Below are positions 50,458 through 60,069 of a stretch of 64,000 bases of DNA, one piece after another (the stretch's first letter is position 1; each line of letters opens with the position of its first letter). The translations under genes and the position numbers were made by a program. The notes below the pieces were generated by a model. The model saw only the letters and a list, made by a program, of their open reading frames with translations, was not told the DNA's origin and did not search any database. The stretch lies in the NCBI GenBank assembly GCA_964399835.1, contig CAYNSJ010000001.1:25132-89131 (forward strand), read 5' to 3'. This DNA comes from an uncultured Methanobacteriaceae archaeon (GTDB lineage Archaea > Methanobacteriota > Methanobacteria > Methanobacteriales > Methanobacteriaceae).

Positions 50458-51830
50458 TTTTTATTATTTAATCTATTAATTGTTTTATATGGATCATCAT
50501 AATATCCATTGATTATTTCTTGTACTTTATCTATATCTTTGATTTGTTTTTCAACAAGCTTGTTTAAAAACATTTCTCTTTTTTCTAATTCATTCATAAT
50601 ATCAATATTTGATAGTCCTTTCATTTCTGCTATTTTATTTATTGAATTACATGTTATAGCAATATATTTAATTCTATCTTCTTTGGTGTCATATTGGTAT
50701 ATTTTATTTAATTGTAATTTATTTTCTTCCATACCTACAATTTCAGCAACTTCTGTAATTCTACGTATTGTTCCTTGTTTTGGTTGATGAATTCTATTTT
50801 GCATGATTATAAAATTTAGGGAAGTAATCATAATATTGGGTACATTCATTGGAGGATTTATTAGTCTACTTATTGTTTCTCTTGTTGTATTTGAATGTAA
50901 TGTGCCCATACCGGAATGACCTGTATTTAATGCAGTAAATAATGTTATTGCTTCATGAGATCTTACTTCACCTACAATTATTCTATCTGGACGTTGTCTT
51001 AATGAATTTTTTAGTAATAAGTCCATGGTAATTTCACCTTTATTTTCTATGTTGGGTGGTCTTGTTTCCATTCTTATTACATGATTTTGAGCTATTTGAA
51101 TTTCTAATGTATCTTCTATTGTAATTATTCTTTCATGTGGTGGTATAAATGATGTTAATGTATTTAATGTTGTCGTTTTTCCAGATCCAGTACCACCTGC
51201 TATGATATAATTGCATGGATTTACATTTAATCCTTCTGTAATTATCCATAAAAAAGCTGCTAAATGTGAAGATAATGTATTTGATTCAATTAAGTCAATA
51301 ATTGTAAGTGGATCTTTTTTAAATTTTCTTATAGTTAATGTAGGACCATCTGCTGATATTGGTGGTATTGTTGCATTAACTCTACTTCCATCAGTTAATC
51401 GTGCATCTAGTATGGGTGTTTGTTGATCTATTTTTCTTTGAACTTGTTGGGCTATTTTCTCTATGATATGTCTAATTTCATAATCATCTAATGATAGATT
51501 TGTTATCATCATTCCTTTTTTTCTATGATATACATATACTGGTTTTTTAGTTCCTATTATCATGATTTCTTCTAATTCATCATCTTTTAATAAATAGTCT
51601 ATTTTACCATAACCATGTAATTCTCTTGTTAATTTGTTGATTATTTTATTAGGATCTTCTATATTTTCATCGATAAGATTTAAAAGTTCTTCTTTATTAA
51701 TTTGAATATTTTTATTTATTTTTAGTTGTATTAATTTTTCTTTTATGTTTTGGAATTCTTGTTTTTCTTTATTACTTAAATTCTCTATTTTAATTTCATA
51801 TTTTGGTAAATATTTGTTTTTTTGTTTCAT
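50454..51830 (-). CDS. Type II/IV secretion-family ATPase (FlaI/TadA/EpdL-like pilus assembly ATPase)
   Basis: 458 aa with Walker A GGTGSGKTT, the Asp box IITIEDTLE, Walker B RPDRIIVGEVR and the His box TGHSGMGTLHSN. Confidence 0.88.
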   Translation of the reverse strand: MKQKNKYLPKYEIKIENLSNKEKQEFQNIKEKLIQLKINKNIQINKEELLNLIDENIEDPNKIINKLTRELHGYGKIDYLLKDDELEEIMIIGTKKPVYVYHRKKGMMITNLSLDDYEIRHIIEKIAQQVQRKIDQQTPILDARLTDGSRVNATIPPISADGPTLTIRKFKKDPLTIIDLIESNTLSSHLAAFLWIITEGLNVNPCNYIIAGGTGSGKTTTLNTLTSFIPPHERIITIEDTLEIQIAQNHVIRMETRPPNIENKGEITMDLLLKNSLRQRPDRIIVGEVRSHEAITLFTALNTGHSGMGTLHSNTTRETISRLINPPMNVPNIMITSLNFIIMQNRIHQPKQGTIRRITEVAEIVGMEENKLQLNKIYQYDTKEDRIKYIAITCNSINKIAEMKGLSNIDIMNELEKREMFLNKLVEKQIKDIDKVQEIINGYYDDPYKTINRLNNKK

Positions 51831-51950
51831 AATTTTTTTAATTTATAAATGTATTACTTATTTTATTTAACTTAATATAAAAGTATTACTAAATAAATAA
51901 TAAAGTATTAACATAATCTTTTTACTAAGTATACTAATAAATATTAAATT

Positions 51951-52889
51951 ATGAAATGTAAATGTGATAAAAATTGTATAAAAGACAAGGAAACTACATT
52001 AAATAATATTGATGAAAGATATGAACCCTGTGAAAAATGTGAAAAATCTAAATTAAAAAAAGCAATACCTATAAAAAAACAATTAAAATCAGATAATATA
52101 AATAAAAATTATAAAAGATGTTTAGAATGTAATAAACGTCATATTGATGTGGTAATAGCACATGTATTAAAAATAATGATTAAAGAAGGACAAATACCTG
52201 AAACAAGTGCTTTAAGACATGTAGGTACTCCTTTAATTACACCAGCAATACCATTAACACATCCTCCTTATTTACCTGAAAATTCATTAACAATAATAAG
52301 TAATTCAATAGATAAGCATACTGCAGAATTAATACAAAATGAAGTTCCTGAAATAAAAGCAATTATAAAAGGAGATACTACAAAAACTGTAGGTCAATTA
52401 AAAGCTACAGATAAACCACATAATTATGAACTTTTAACAGGTTGTGATATTAGATGTGATATTCAAAATACGCCAACAGGACAAATATGTATTTATAAAC
52501 CTCAATCAAAAATACATATAGAATATCCACAGATAGAACCACCAAAAGTGATGGAGTTAGATAAAGTTCTTAATAATTATGATAATCCCACATTAATAGA
52601 TGCTACTTGTGGACCTGGAACATTGGGGATTTATGCTTTAACAAAAAATGCTAAAAAAGTCATTTTTAATGATATATATTCAGTAGCGTTAGATACAACA
52701 AGAATAAATTTAAAAGTCAATGGTATAACTGAAGATAGATACGAATTATATAATAAAAATATTGAAGAATTATCTGAAAATATCACTAAAATGTATGATA
52801 TTGGAATTATAGATGTATTTCCTGGAATTGATACAAAACCATTTATTCAATCATTAGAAAAAATATGTAAAGAAATAATAATAATTTAA
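51951..52889 (+). CDS. Cys-rich N-terminal domain + class-I SAM-dependent methyltransferase-like domain (Trm1-like motif)
   Basis: 312 aa. The N-terminus has CKCDKNC, CEKCEKS and CLECNKRH. The C-terminus has LIDATCGPGTLGIYAL....KVIFNDIY...L....N...N, resembling the SAM-binding motifs of Trm1-type enzymes. Confidence 0.55.
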   Translation: MKCKCDKNCIKDKETTLNNIDERYEPCEKCEKSKLKKAIPIKKQLKSDNINKNYKRCLECNKRHIDVVIAHVLKIMIKEGQIPETSALRHVGTPLITPAIPLTHPPYLPENSLTIISNSIDKHTAELIQNEVPEIKAIIKGDTTKTVGQLKATDKPHNYELLTGCDIRCDIQNTPTGQICIYKPQSKIHIEYPQIEPPKVMELDKVLNNYDNPTLIDATCGPGTLGIYALTKNAKKVIFNDIYSVALDTTRINLKVNGITEDRYELYNKNIEELSENITKMYDIGIIDVFPGIDTKPFIQSLEKICKEIIII

Positions 52890-54127
52890 ACCAATCCTAA
52901 ATATGTAATGATGGAAGGTAAAATTAAAACACCCATAAGATTACTTTTACTCAAACCTAAATAATGAGGTAATAATCCCATGGCAATACTTGTAATGTAA
53001 CATAATAAAACATACCATAAACATCCGCCAGTAAAAAAACAAAATCCTACTATTAGACTAGATACAAATAGAATTATACCTTTGCATAGATATTGATAAT
53101 TTATTTTACGAATATTATCAATCATAAAATCACCTAATTTAATGCAGATTATTAAGGATATTGAAACAACAACAATACTAACAAATATAAAAAATATTAT
53201 TTCTATAAGTCCAATATTTTCTAGAATTTGGCTAACATAAACACTTATAGCACTGCGAGGATTATTAATTAAATAAATAGCTAGTAATGAAAAAAGAGTG
53301 TCTGATACATTAACACCACTGTTAGTTACAAGAAATTCTTCTGCAGAAATATTTTTATTAAAAGTTAAAAACTGAGCAATTACACTACCTTGAGCAGGAC
53401 CTAAACCTGGAAGTAAACCTAAAATACAACCAGAAATACTACCTGCAAACATTGATCTTTTAAAATTTTTATCAATCAAAATAGCAGTATTTTCATTTTG
53501 TTTAGGGATTTCTGATTCATTACTAAGGCTATATATTAAACTACTTGTACTAAACATTCCAGTTAAAAGACATAATAAACCAAGACTATTTCCAATACCA
53601 CTATTTAATACCATAAATCCAAGAATACCTGAAGCTAAAAATATTAATAAAGCAATTAATCGAGTCATATTATTTTTATTAAAGTAATATATCATTAAAA
53701 ACATTACAATTATCAGTAAATATCCTATATAATTTTCTAGTGAATAATATATTAATGGTAATATAATCATAAGTATAGGCATAAGTAATGATAAAATAAT
53801 TATTGAACCATAGCCTCCAAAACTTACAATACGTATTGCTTTACGGGCTTTTCCTTGAAATAATAATTTATGTCCTGGTTGAACACTTAATACAGTATCT
53901 TCATTAGGTACACCTATAAGTAGTGAAGGTAAAAATTCAAGCATTGCATGACAAATTGCAACACTAACAAAAAATGTTGCTAAAGTTTGAGGTGTGGTGT
54001 AATTAAGTATTTTATCTGAGAATATAAATATGAAAACACCAATAGTATTTACATGTATACCCGGTGTTGTCCCAGTAAATGTTCCTATTATTATTCCGAT
54101 TATTATAGCTATTATTAACTCAATCAT
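52886..54127 (-). CDS. Polytopic membrane protein (TctA/DUF112-like)
   Basis: 413 aa with about 11-12 TM segments. The repeated G-x-x-PG loops (GTFTGTTPGIH, LGLLPGLGPAQGS) resemble the DUF112 family. The call is tentative. Confidence 0.5.
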   Translation of the reverse strand: MIELIIAIIIGIIIGTFTGTTPGIHVNTIGVFIFIFSDKILNYTTPQTLATFFVSVAICHAMLEFLPSLLIGVPNEDTVLSVQPGHKLLFQGKARKAIRIVSFGGYGSIIILSLLMPILMIILPLIYYSLENYIGYLLIIVMFLMIYYFNKNNMTRLIALLIFLASGILGFMVLNSGIGNSLGLLCLLTGMFSTSSLIYSLSNESEIPKQNENTAILIDKNFKRSMFAGSISGCILGLLPGLGPAQGSVIAQFLTFNKNISAEEFLVTNSGVNVSDTLFSLLAIYLINNPRSAISVYVSQILENIGLIEIIFFIFVSIVVVSISLIICIKLGDFMIDNIRKINYQYLCKGIILFVSSLIVGFCFFTGGCLWYVLLCYITSIAMGLLPHYLGLSKSNLMGVLILPSIITYLGLV

Positions 54128-54241
54128 AATATATTAATACTAAATTTATAATAAGTAATACTTAATATTTACGAAATAATCTTTAAAAAGTAAAATTGAT
54201 AAAAATTCAAAAAAAATAAGTGTTGGTAAATAATAAATTAT

Positions 54242-54508
54242 TTACATTAATCTTCTAACATCAGTAACTTCAACGCTAGCAACATTTTCAAGATCAGCTA
54301 AAGCTTTTTCTGCTGGTTCTGTACCACCTTCACCATCATCTACAACGATGGTTACGTTTAATGCTACTAATCCAAATGCTACTGGTTCTTCATCGATTTT
54401 TTCAAATTCTTTTTCATCTATTACAGATTTAATAGATTCTTTTAATGCTTCTAAGTCTACATCTGGACTTTCGGGCATTACTTTTAAAGTTCCTGCTACT
54501 TCTCCCAT
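54242..54508 (-). CDS. Translation elongation factor aEF-1 beta
   Basis: 88 aa with MGEVAGTLKVMPESPDVDLE ... AFGL.AL.V. Confidence 0.92.
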   Translation of the reverse strand: MGEVAGTLKVMPESPDVDLEALKESIKSVIDEKEFEKIDEEPVAFGLVALNVTIVVDDGEGGTEPAEKALADLENVASVEVTDVRRLM

Positions 54509-54558
54509 ATTTAACGCTCCTTATATTTTATTTATTTAAACTTATATTTTAAATTAAT

Positions 54559-54726
54559 TTAAGGTCCTTTAAATCCACATTCGCATGTGTATTCATGACC
54601 AAAAGTTCTACATTTAGGACATCTGTAAATCACTGCATCACATTCTGGGCAGTGGAATTTTACGTAGTCTTCTATTGGTGAAATTTCTTGTTTACAAGAA
54701 GTACATTCCATTTTTTCGTCTACCAT
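54559..54726 (-). CDS. Small Zn-ribbon protein (COG2888/DUF1610-type, translation-associated)
   Basis: Not in the ORF track (55 aa). My translation is [55 protein letters not shown]. It has four CxxC-type pairs ending in CGFKGP. Its ATG lies 1 nt after the upstream gene's stop, and it sits immediately upstream of aEF-1beta, as in many archaea. Confidence 0.75.
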   Translation of the reverse strand: MVDEKMECTSCKQEISPIEDYVKFHCPECDAVIYRCPKCRTFGHEYTCECGFKGP

Positions 54727-54727
54727 G

Positions 54728-55390
54728 TTATTTTCCTCCTAATATATGTGTATAATTATTATTCATTGTAGTAATACTGTTTAAATGATTTAGCACCCTA
54801 GCAGGGTGTTTTCCATTCATCACATAACAGTCTAAATGATATTTAATAAGTAATCTGGGTAAGCATTTATCCACTGATGATTCATTAAAAAGTAATAGTT
54901 TGTTTGCACTTATCTCATTTATAAGTTTTTTATTTTTATGGGATATGTTACCATCATATATACCATCTACATTTGTTAATATTAATAGTTTAGCATTTAA
55001 TTGGTTTGCTAACCAACATGCAATAGAGTCAGATGTTATATCCCATGTATGTTTTAAAGGGTCTTGACTTTTTAATAACTCATAAGATAATAATAAAGGG
55101 ATCTTATTCTTTTTAAAAATATTAGGAATATCTTTTATTCTTATAACTGGACTAATATTTTTATTTTTATCTGCAATTAATTGTCCTATGATATCCATAC
55201 ATTTTATAGCTGACCAATGGTTTATATCATTAGAATACTGTTCTATTTTGTTAAATTCACGAATATCATTAGCAAGTTGACCTCCACCATTAATTAATAC
55301 GATTTGTTCTTTTGATTCATATAATTTCTCACATAACTTTGTTGTGTATTCTGGAAATAAACTTCCACCAATTTTTACAACAGTTACCAT
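54728..55390 (-). CDS. Amino-acid-kinase-fold kinase, MfnE-like (methanofuran biosynthesis) / COG2054
   Basis: 220 aa with [15 protein letters not shown] and TNVDGIY. From memory, the M. jannaschii MfnE gene (MJ0458) also neighbours aEF-1beta (MJ0459), which supports orthology. This needs verification. Confidence 0.55.
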   Translation of the reverse strand: MVTVVKIGGSLFPEYTTKLCEKLYESKEQIVLINGGGQLANDIREFNKIEQYSNDINHWSAIKCMDIIGQLIADKNKNISPVIRIKDIPNIFKKNKIPLLLSYELLKSQDPLKHTWDITSDSIACWLANQLNAKLLILTNVDGIYDGNISHKNKKLINEISANKLLLFNESSVDKCLPRLLIKYHLDCYVMNGKHPARVLNHLNSITTMNNNYTHILGGK

Positions 55391-55412
55391 AATATAGAAC
55401 TCCTTATTTAAA

Positions 55413-55751
55413 TTATAATAGTTTTAAGTGTCCAGTTATTCTATCAATTTCGTCTTCGTCACCAGGTCCAATTCCAAGACATGTGGTTGTACATGGTGCA
55501 ATTTGTGTATGTCCTGCATCAGTTATTAAAGAACAAGGAAGGCTTGTTTGTTTTATCAAACTGTGAATTTCATGTAATTCTTGTTCACTAGATACTTTAA
55601 CAACTACCTTCTTTTGAGCTTCTTTTTCCCATTTTTCAATATCTTTTTTTTCAGCTTTTTTATATGCTCCTAAACACGCATGACAAGCTTGGGCTGCTAT
55701 TTTTCCTTTTCCCATTTTTAAATCGGTTCTCATTACAATTACTTGTTTCAT
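55413..55751 (-). CDS. pth: Peptidyl-tRNA hydrolase, archaeal Pth2 type
   Basis: 112 aa with VIVMRTDLKMGKGKIAAQACHA and ITDAGHTQI. Confidence 0.92.
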   Translation of the reverse strand: MKQVIVMRTDLKMGKGKIAAQACHACLGAYKKAEKKDIEKWEKEAQKKVVVKVSSEQELHEIHSLIKQTSLPCSLITDAGHTQIAPCTTTCLGIGPGDEDEIDRITGHLKLL

Positions 55752-55775
55752 ATTTTTTCTTCCTCTAATTAATAG

Positions 55776-56969
55776 TTATAATAATGTATCTGGTTTTAGA
55801 CGATTACCTACTCTTTGTGAATCTACACTAAATACTTCAAGTCCTGGTATTATTGCTCGTATAACTGGGATGTTAATATCTCTAGTTAAATTTACATAAT
55901 AAGCATCTTCAATTCCAGATTTTTCTAGAATATTTAATGTTAAATCGATATTTTCTTTAAATGTATTTGTGGATTTATCTTTAATATCATCAAGAGCTAT
56001 TTTTTTATCAGCTTTTCTAAACCAATGTTTATTCATACGTTTCATTCGTTCATATCCTGTATTTCTAGCGAGGACTGCACGAGTAGTATCTTCACGAGTT
56101 CCATGAATTTGCGTTGCTCTACTTTGAGCTACTTCAGTAATTGCACGAATTGCTGCTATTTCTGGATCAAGATGTGTTCCAATCCCTAATGTTAATAATG
56201 CTGGATCTTTAAGTAATAAATCTTCAGATACAGCACCTATAGTTGGAATATCAATATCTGATGTTAAATCAAGTAATTTGATTGAAACATTGTTATCTTC
56301 AAATTTCTTTAATAAATCATTAATATATTCATTTGTTGTGTTGGTACAGTCTATTTCAGGAACTTGTTTTTTATATGCTTCAAATATACTCCAAGAGTCT
56401 CTTTCAATTACTTCCATCATTCCATGGAATATTGCTTCTTCTAATTTATTTCCTGAAGCTAATCCATTAGTATTTGATAAGAATAAATGTTGTACATTTT
56501 CTGTATTATATGGATGATAAACTGCATTAGCCGGTATATAAATTTCATTATCTTTTCTAATTGAATATCCTTTAATCCATTCTATAGGTTCATCTAATGA
56601 AGTATGTAATGGCAATATTAATTTTTCAGGATCAAGACAATCATCTTCATATTTTTTTATTATTGTAGAATCTTCTTTTTGTTGTTCAGCAGAATAACGT
56701 TCTATAGCTTCCATAATTGAAGATACTTTTGCATGTTCTTTTGTTGGTCCTTTTCCTGCATATACACTTACTGCTCCTTCTTCAGCTAGTGGTCTAATTG
56801 AAGTATATACTGGTATTTTAAGTCTATCAAGATCTGTAATATTTGATGTTCTTGTAAGTCCAATATCTTTAGTTATTTTTGTAACTTTTTCTAATGTTTC
56901 TTCAGGACTATTTGTCCTATGAGTAGATTTTTTATATTTAACTGGTGATTCATTTAGCATAATAATCAT
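55776..56969 (-). CDS. ycaO: YcaO-family ATP-dependent amide-activating enzyme (methanogenesis marker 1 type)
   Basis: 397 aa. A GKG...A..SA.MEA.ERYS-like segment (GKGPTKEHAKVSSIMEAIERYSA), SNGLASGN and EV.ERD are present. The start is either 56969 or 56960. Confidence 0.8.
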   Translation of the reverse strand: MIIMLNESPVKYKKSTHRTNSPEETLEKVTKITKDIGLTRTSNITDLDRLKIPVYTSIRPLAEEGAVSVYAGKGPTKEHAKVSSIMEAIERYSAEQQKEDSTIIKKYEDDCLDPEKLILPLHTSLDEPIEWIKGYSIRKDNEIYIPANAVYHPYNTENVQHLFLSNTNGLASGNKLEEAIFHGMMEVIERDSWSIFEAYKKQVPEIDCTNTTNEYINDLLKKFEDNNVSIKLLDLTSDIDIPTIGAVSEDLLLKDPALLTLGIGTHLDPEIAAIRAITEVAQSRATQIHGTREDTTRAVLARNTGYERMKRMNKHWFRKADKKIALDDIKDKSTNTFKENIDLTLNILEKSGIEDAYYVNLTRDINIPVIRAIIPGLEVFSVDSQRVGNRLKPDTLL

Positions 56970-57201
56970 GTAAATAATTTTTCTATAATAATAAGGTTTG
57001 ATTTATTTTATTTAAGGGGGTTATAATTTTTTTATTGATTTTTTGTTGTTATATACTATCTTTTATTTTAGTGTTTTTTATTTTTTTAGTATATTTATTG
57101 AAATTTATTATTATTAATTTTAAAAATAGTTATTAAATTAATTAAAAGAAGAATATTTTTGTTTTGGTGGTTAAAAAGTAAGAAAAAGGGGATTTTCTTA
57201 C

Positions 57202-60069
57202 TTAATTATTTATGTAATATCTACTGTAATTTGTTGGTCTTGTTACTTTATATAATAATGAAGACCATGCTGGACTTTTTGCTCCCCAATAATTGTAATT
57301 TACTGATTTAACTGTTCCACCATTAGATATTGCACTTCCTGCAGCAGATGCTACATTACTTATGAAGTTACTGTATGATACTGTTAAGTTTCCACCGTTA
57401 GCTATTGCTCCTCCACCATTACTGGTAGCAGATACTTTATTGTATTTGAAGTTAGATTTTGTTATTGTAGCATTAGTTGCTGTAAACATTGCTCCACCAG
57501 CAGCAATTTTACCTGATGCATAATTACTGTTTGCGGTTGTTTTAGTTAAGTTTAATATAGCTCCTGCATAATACATTGCTCCACCATATGCTGCAGATTT
57601 TGCAATTGCATTATTATTGGATAATGTTAAATTAATTCCTGTTAAGGTACCTAATTCATAGTTAATTGCTCCACCTAATACATTGGTACTTGTAGCTGTA
57701 GCTTTATTATATGTAAATTTACTGTTAACTAAGTAACTGTATACATAGTAATTGTACATTGCACCTCCAAGTGCTGATTTAGATGTTGCTTGGTTGTTTG
57801 TGAAGTTTGAACCAGAGATTATAAGTATACAATATTGATTATATAATGCTCCTGCTCCTGCAGTTGTAGTACCTTTAGCTTTGTTGTTTGTGAATGTAGA
57901 ATTGATAATTGTTAATTGACTGTTAAAGTTTCCTACAGCTCCACCAAATCCATAATTTGTTCCAGTTACGTTATTACCACTGAAAACAACGTTACTGAAT
58001 GTTGTATTTGTTGATAGTAATTTTATTGCTCCACCTACAGGTGTTTTTCCTGAAGCAAGGTTATTTACAAATTTACTTGATGTTACTATTAAATTACCAA
58101 TTGAACTTGAAATTGCTCCTCCACCTGTATTATTAGTTCCAGTTACTTTATTGAATTCAAAGTAACAATTATTAATTATTGCAGTATTTTGGAAGTTTAT
58201 TATTGCTCCACCTTCACTATTAACGTGTGTAGCTGTGTTTTTAGTGAATTTTGTGTATGTAGCATTTAATAATCCTGTGTTATAAATTGCTCCTGCTGAG
58301 AAATATCCTGAAGCGGTATTTGATGAGAAGACACAACCTATAATTTTTAATGCTGCATTATTTCTTATAGCTCCACCAGTATAATCGGAATTTGTTTTTC
58401 CATTTTTAAATGTTATTCCTTGAATTGTTACATTTAAACTTCCGTCATCAATTGCAATCATGGTTTTTCCACTATTTAAACCATCGAATATTGTTTTTGA
58501 TGCAGTTGTACCTTTTAATGTAACTGATTGATTGATTGAAAGACCAGTTACGGAGTAAGTACCTTCCCTAATATTTATTATACCATTGTTTGATATATGT
58601 TCTAATGCTGTTCCAATTGTTTTAAATGGATGTGATATTGTTCCTATATTGGAATCATTACCGTTTGGACTTACATATACAATATTTAATTTGGATACTG
58701 TTAAAGTATTATTACTTGTAGATGTTGAATAAGCTTTAGCTCCATTATATACTGCTATATAATTAACAGTTTTTCCTTCTAAACTTTTTCCAGGTACGAA
58801 TGTAACTGTTGCTATTCCATTAGTTACATTAACTGTTTTTAATGTTGCATTATTTACATAAAATGTAACATTACCTGTATTTACTGTTTTATTGTTTTGA
58901 TCTTTTATTGTAACATTTAATGTTGTAGGTACAAAGACTGTTCCATTCATAGTTTTTGCTTCAACAGTTGTGTTAAATTTGGATAGTGTTAATGTAGCGT
59001 TTGCTCTTGTTCCGAGATTTTCATTATTTTGAGCACTAGCTAATTGAAGTTGATATGTAGTTTCTGTCATTCTTAGGGGTAATGCATATTTAAATACTGC
59101 TTGTCCATTACTATCAGTTTTATTAGAACCAATTGTATGTCCACCAAATTTAAATACTACTGTTGTATTTTTTACTGTTTCATTGTAAATGTTTACAATT
59201 GTTGAATTGTATACTATATAGTTAGTATCAGGATAATGGGTTACATTAGCTAATTTTGCTGTTGTTGGTATTTTTTTTAAATATAATTTAGAAGTTGCAT
59301 TTGCTTTGTTATAATTGTTATCTCCACTATATACAACTTGTAAATGATATGTTGTTGGTCTGTAATTATTTGGTAATTGGTAATTATATGATGCAGAACC
59401 ATTAACTAAAGGAATTGTTTTTGATATAGTTTTTCCTTCTAATTTGAATACTATTTTTCCAGTAGCATTATCTGCTATTTTAGCATTAAATGTAACATTT
59501 GATTTTAATGTACTTGTATAATTATCCATAGAAATGTTTGGGGTAACTTTAGTTGTATTAGTACTAGTTACATTATCTGTAGTAGTATTAGTTGTTACTT
59601 CACTTGTGTAATATAATACTGGATTTGTGTCGTTGTATTGAACGTCATTAGTATTTATGTAGTTATATGTGTCATTATCGTATACTTGATCATTAGTACT
59701 ATTTTCATCATTTGAATATACTAATGGTTCTTCACTGTAATCAGAATTGTCATCAGTATTGTTGTATACTTGATCATAAGTATTATTATCGTAGTAGTTA
59801 GTATCATCTACACTACTGCTATTATCTTGTGTTGAAGTCTCAGTATTTTGTGTATTTTCAGCATCATTAGTATTTTCTACGACATTATTTGAAGTTTGTT
59901 CTATATTGTCAGTAGTTTGAATATCATTAACTTGAGTAACAGGTGCATTTACAGATGAATTTACATCTGTTGTATAACTTGCATTATCTGCTGCTGATAT
60001 AGCACCTAAGGATACTGCTATTAATAATATTACTAATGAGGCTAAAATAATGTGATATTTTTTAATCAT
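57202..60069 (-). CDS. Large secreted Asn/Thr-rich adhesin-like protein: acidic N/D/T/Y-rich spacer, Ig-like repeats, right-handed beta-helix with Pmp-type repeats
   Basis: 955 aa with the signal peptide ...AVSLGAISA. Residues ~175-460 are about 90-aa beta-rich repeats (NxT-rich). Residues ~553-917 contain 13 GGA[IMV]/G[AS]A[IL] motifs alternating with FxxN motifs, as in polymorphic membrane protein repeats. Confidence 0.85.
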   Translation of the reverse strand: MIKKYHIILASLVILLIAVSLGAISAADNASYTTDVNSSVNAPVTQVNDIQTTDNIEQTSNNVVENTNDAENTQNTETSTQDNSSSVDDTNYYDNNTYDQVYNNTDDNSDYSEEPLVYSNDENSTNDQVYDNDTYNYINTNDVQYNDTNPVLYYTSEVTTNTTTDNVTSTNTTKVTPNISMDNYTSTLKSNVTFNAKIADNATGKIVFKLEGKTISKTIPLVNGSASYNYQLPNNYRPTTYHLQVVYSGDNNYNKANATSKLYLKKIPTTAKLANVTHYPDTNYIVYNSTIVNIYNETVKNTTVVFKFGGHTIGSNKTDSNGQAVFKYALPLRMTETTYQLQLASAQNNENLGTRANATLTLSKFNTTVEAKTMNGTVFVPTTLNVTIKDQNNKTVNTGNVTFYVNNATLKTVNVTNGIATVTFVPGKSLEGKTVNYIAVYNGAKAYSTSTSNNTLTVSKLNIVYVSPNGNDSNIGTISHPFKTIGTALEHISNNGIINIREGTYSVTGLSINQSVTLKGTTASKTIFDGLNSGKTMIAIDDGSLNVTIQGITFKNGKTNSDYTGGAIRNNAALKIIGCVFSSNTASGYFSAGAIYNTGLLNATYTKFTKNTATHVNSEGGAIINFQNTAIINNCYFEFNKVTGTNNTGGGAISSSIGNLIVTSSKFVNNLASGKTPVGGAIKLLSTNTTFSNVVFSGNNVTGTNYGFGGAVGNFNSQLTIINSTFTNNKAKGTTTAGAGALYNQYCILIISGSNFTNNQATSKSALGGAMYNYYVYSYLVNSKFTYNKATATSTNVLGGAINYELGTLTGINLTLSNNNAIAKSAAYGGAMYYAGAILNLTKTTANSNYASGKIAAGGAMFTATNATITKSNFKYNKVSATSNGGGAIANGGNLTVSYSNFISNVASAAGSAISNGGTVKSVNYNYWGAKSPAWSSLLYKVTRPTNYSRYYINN

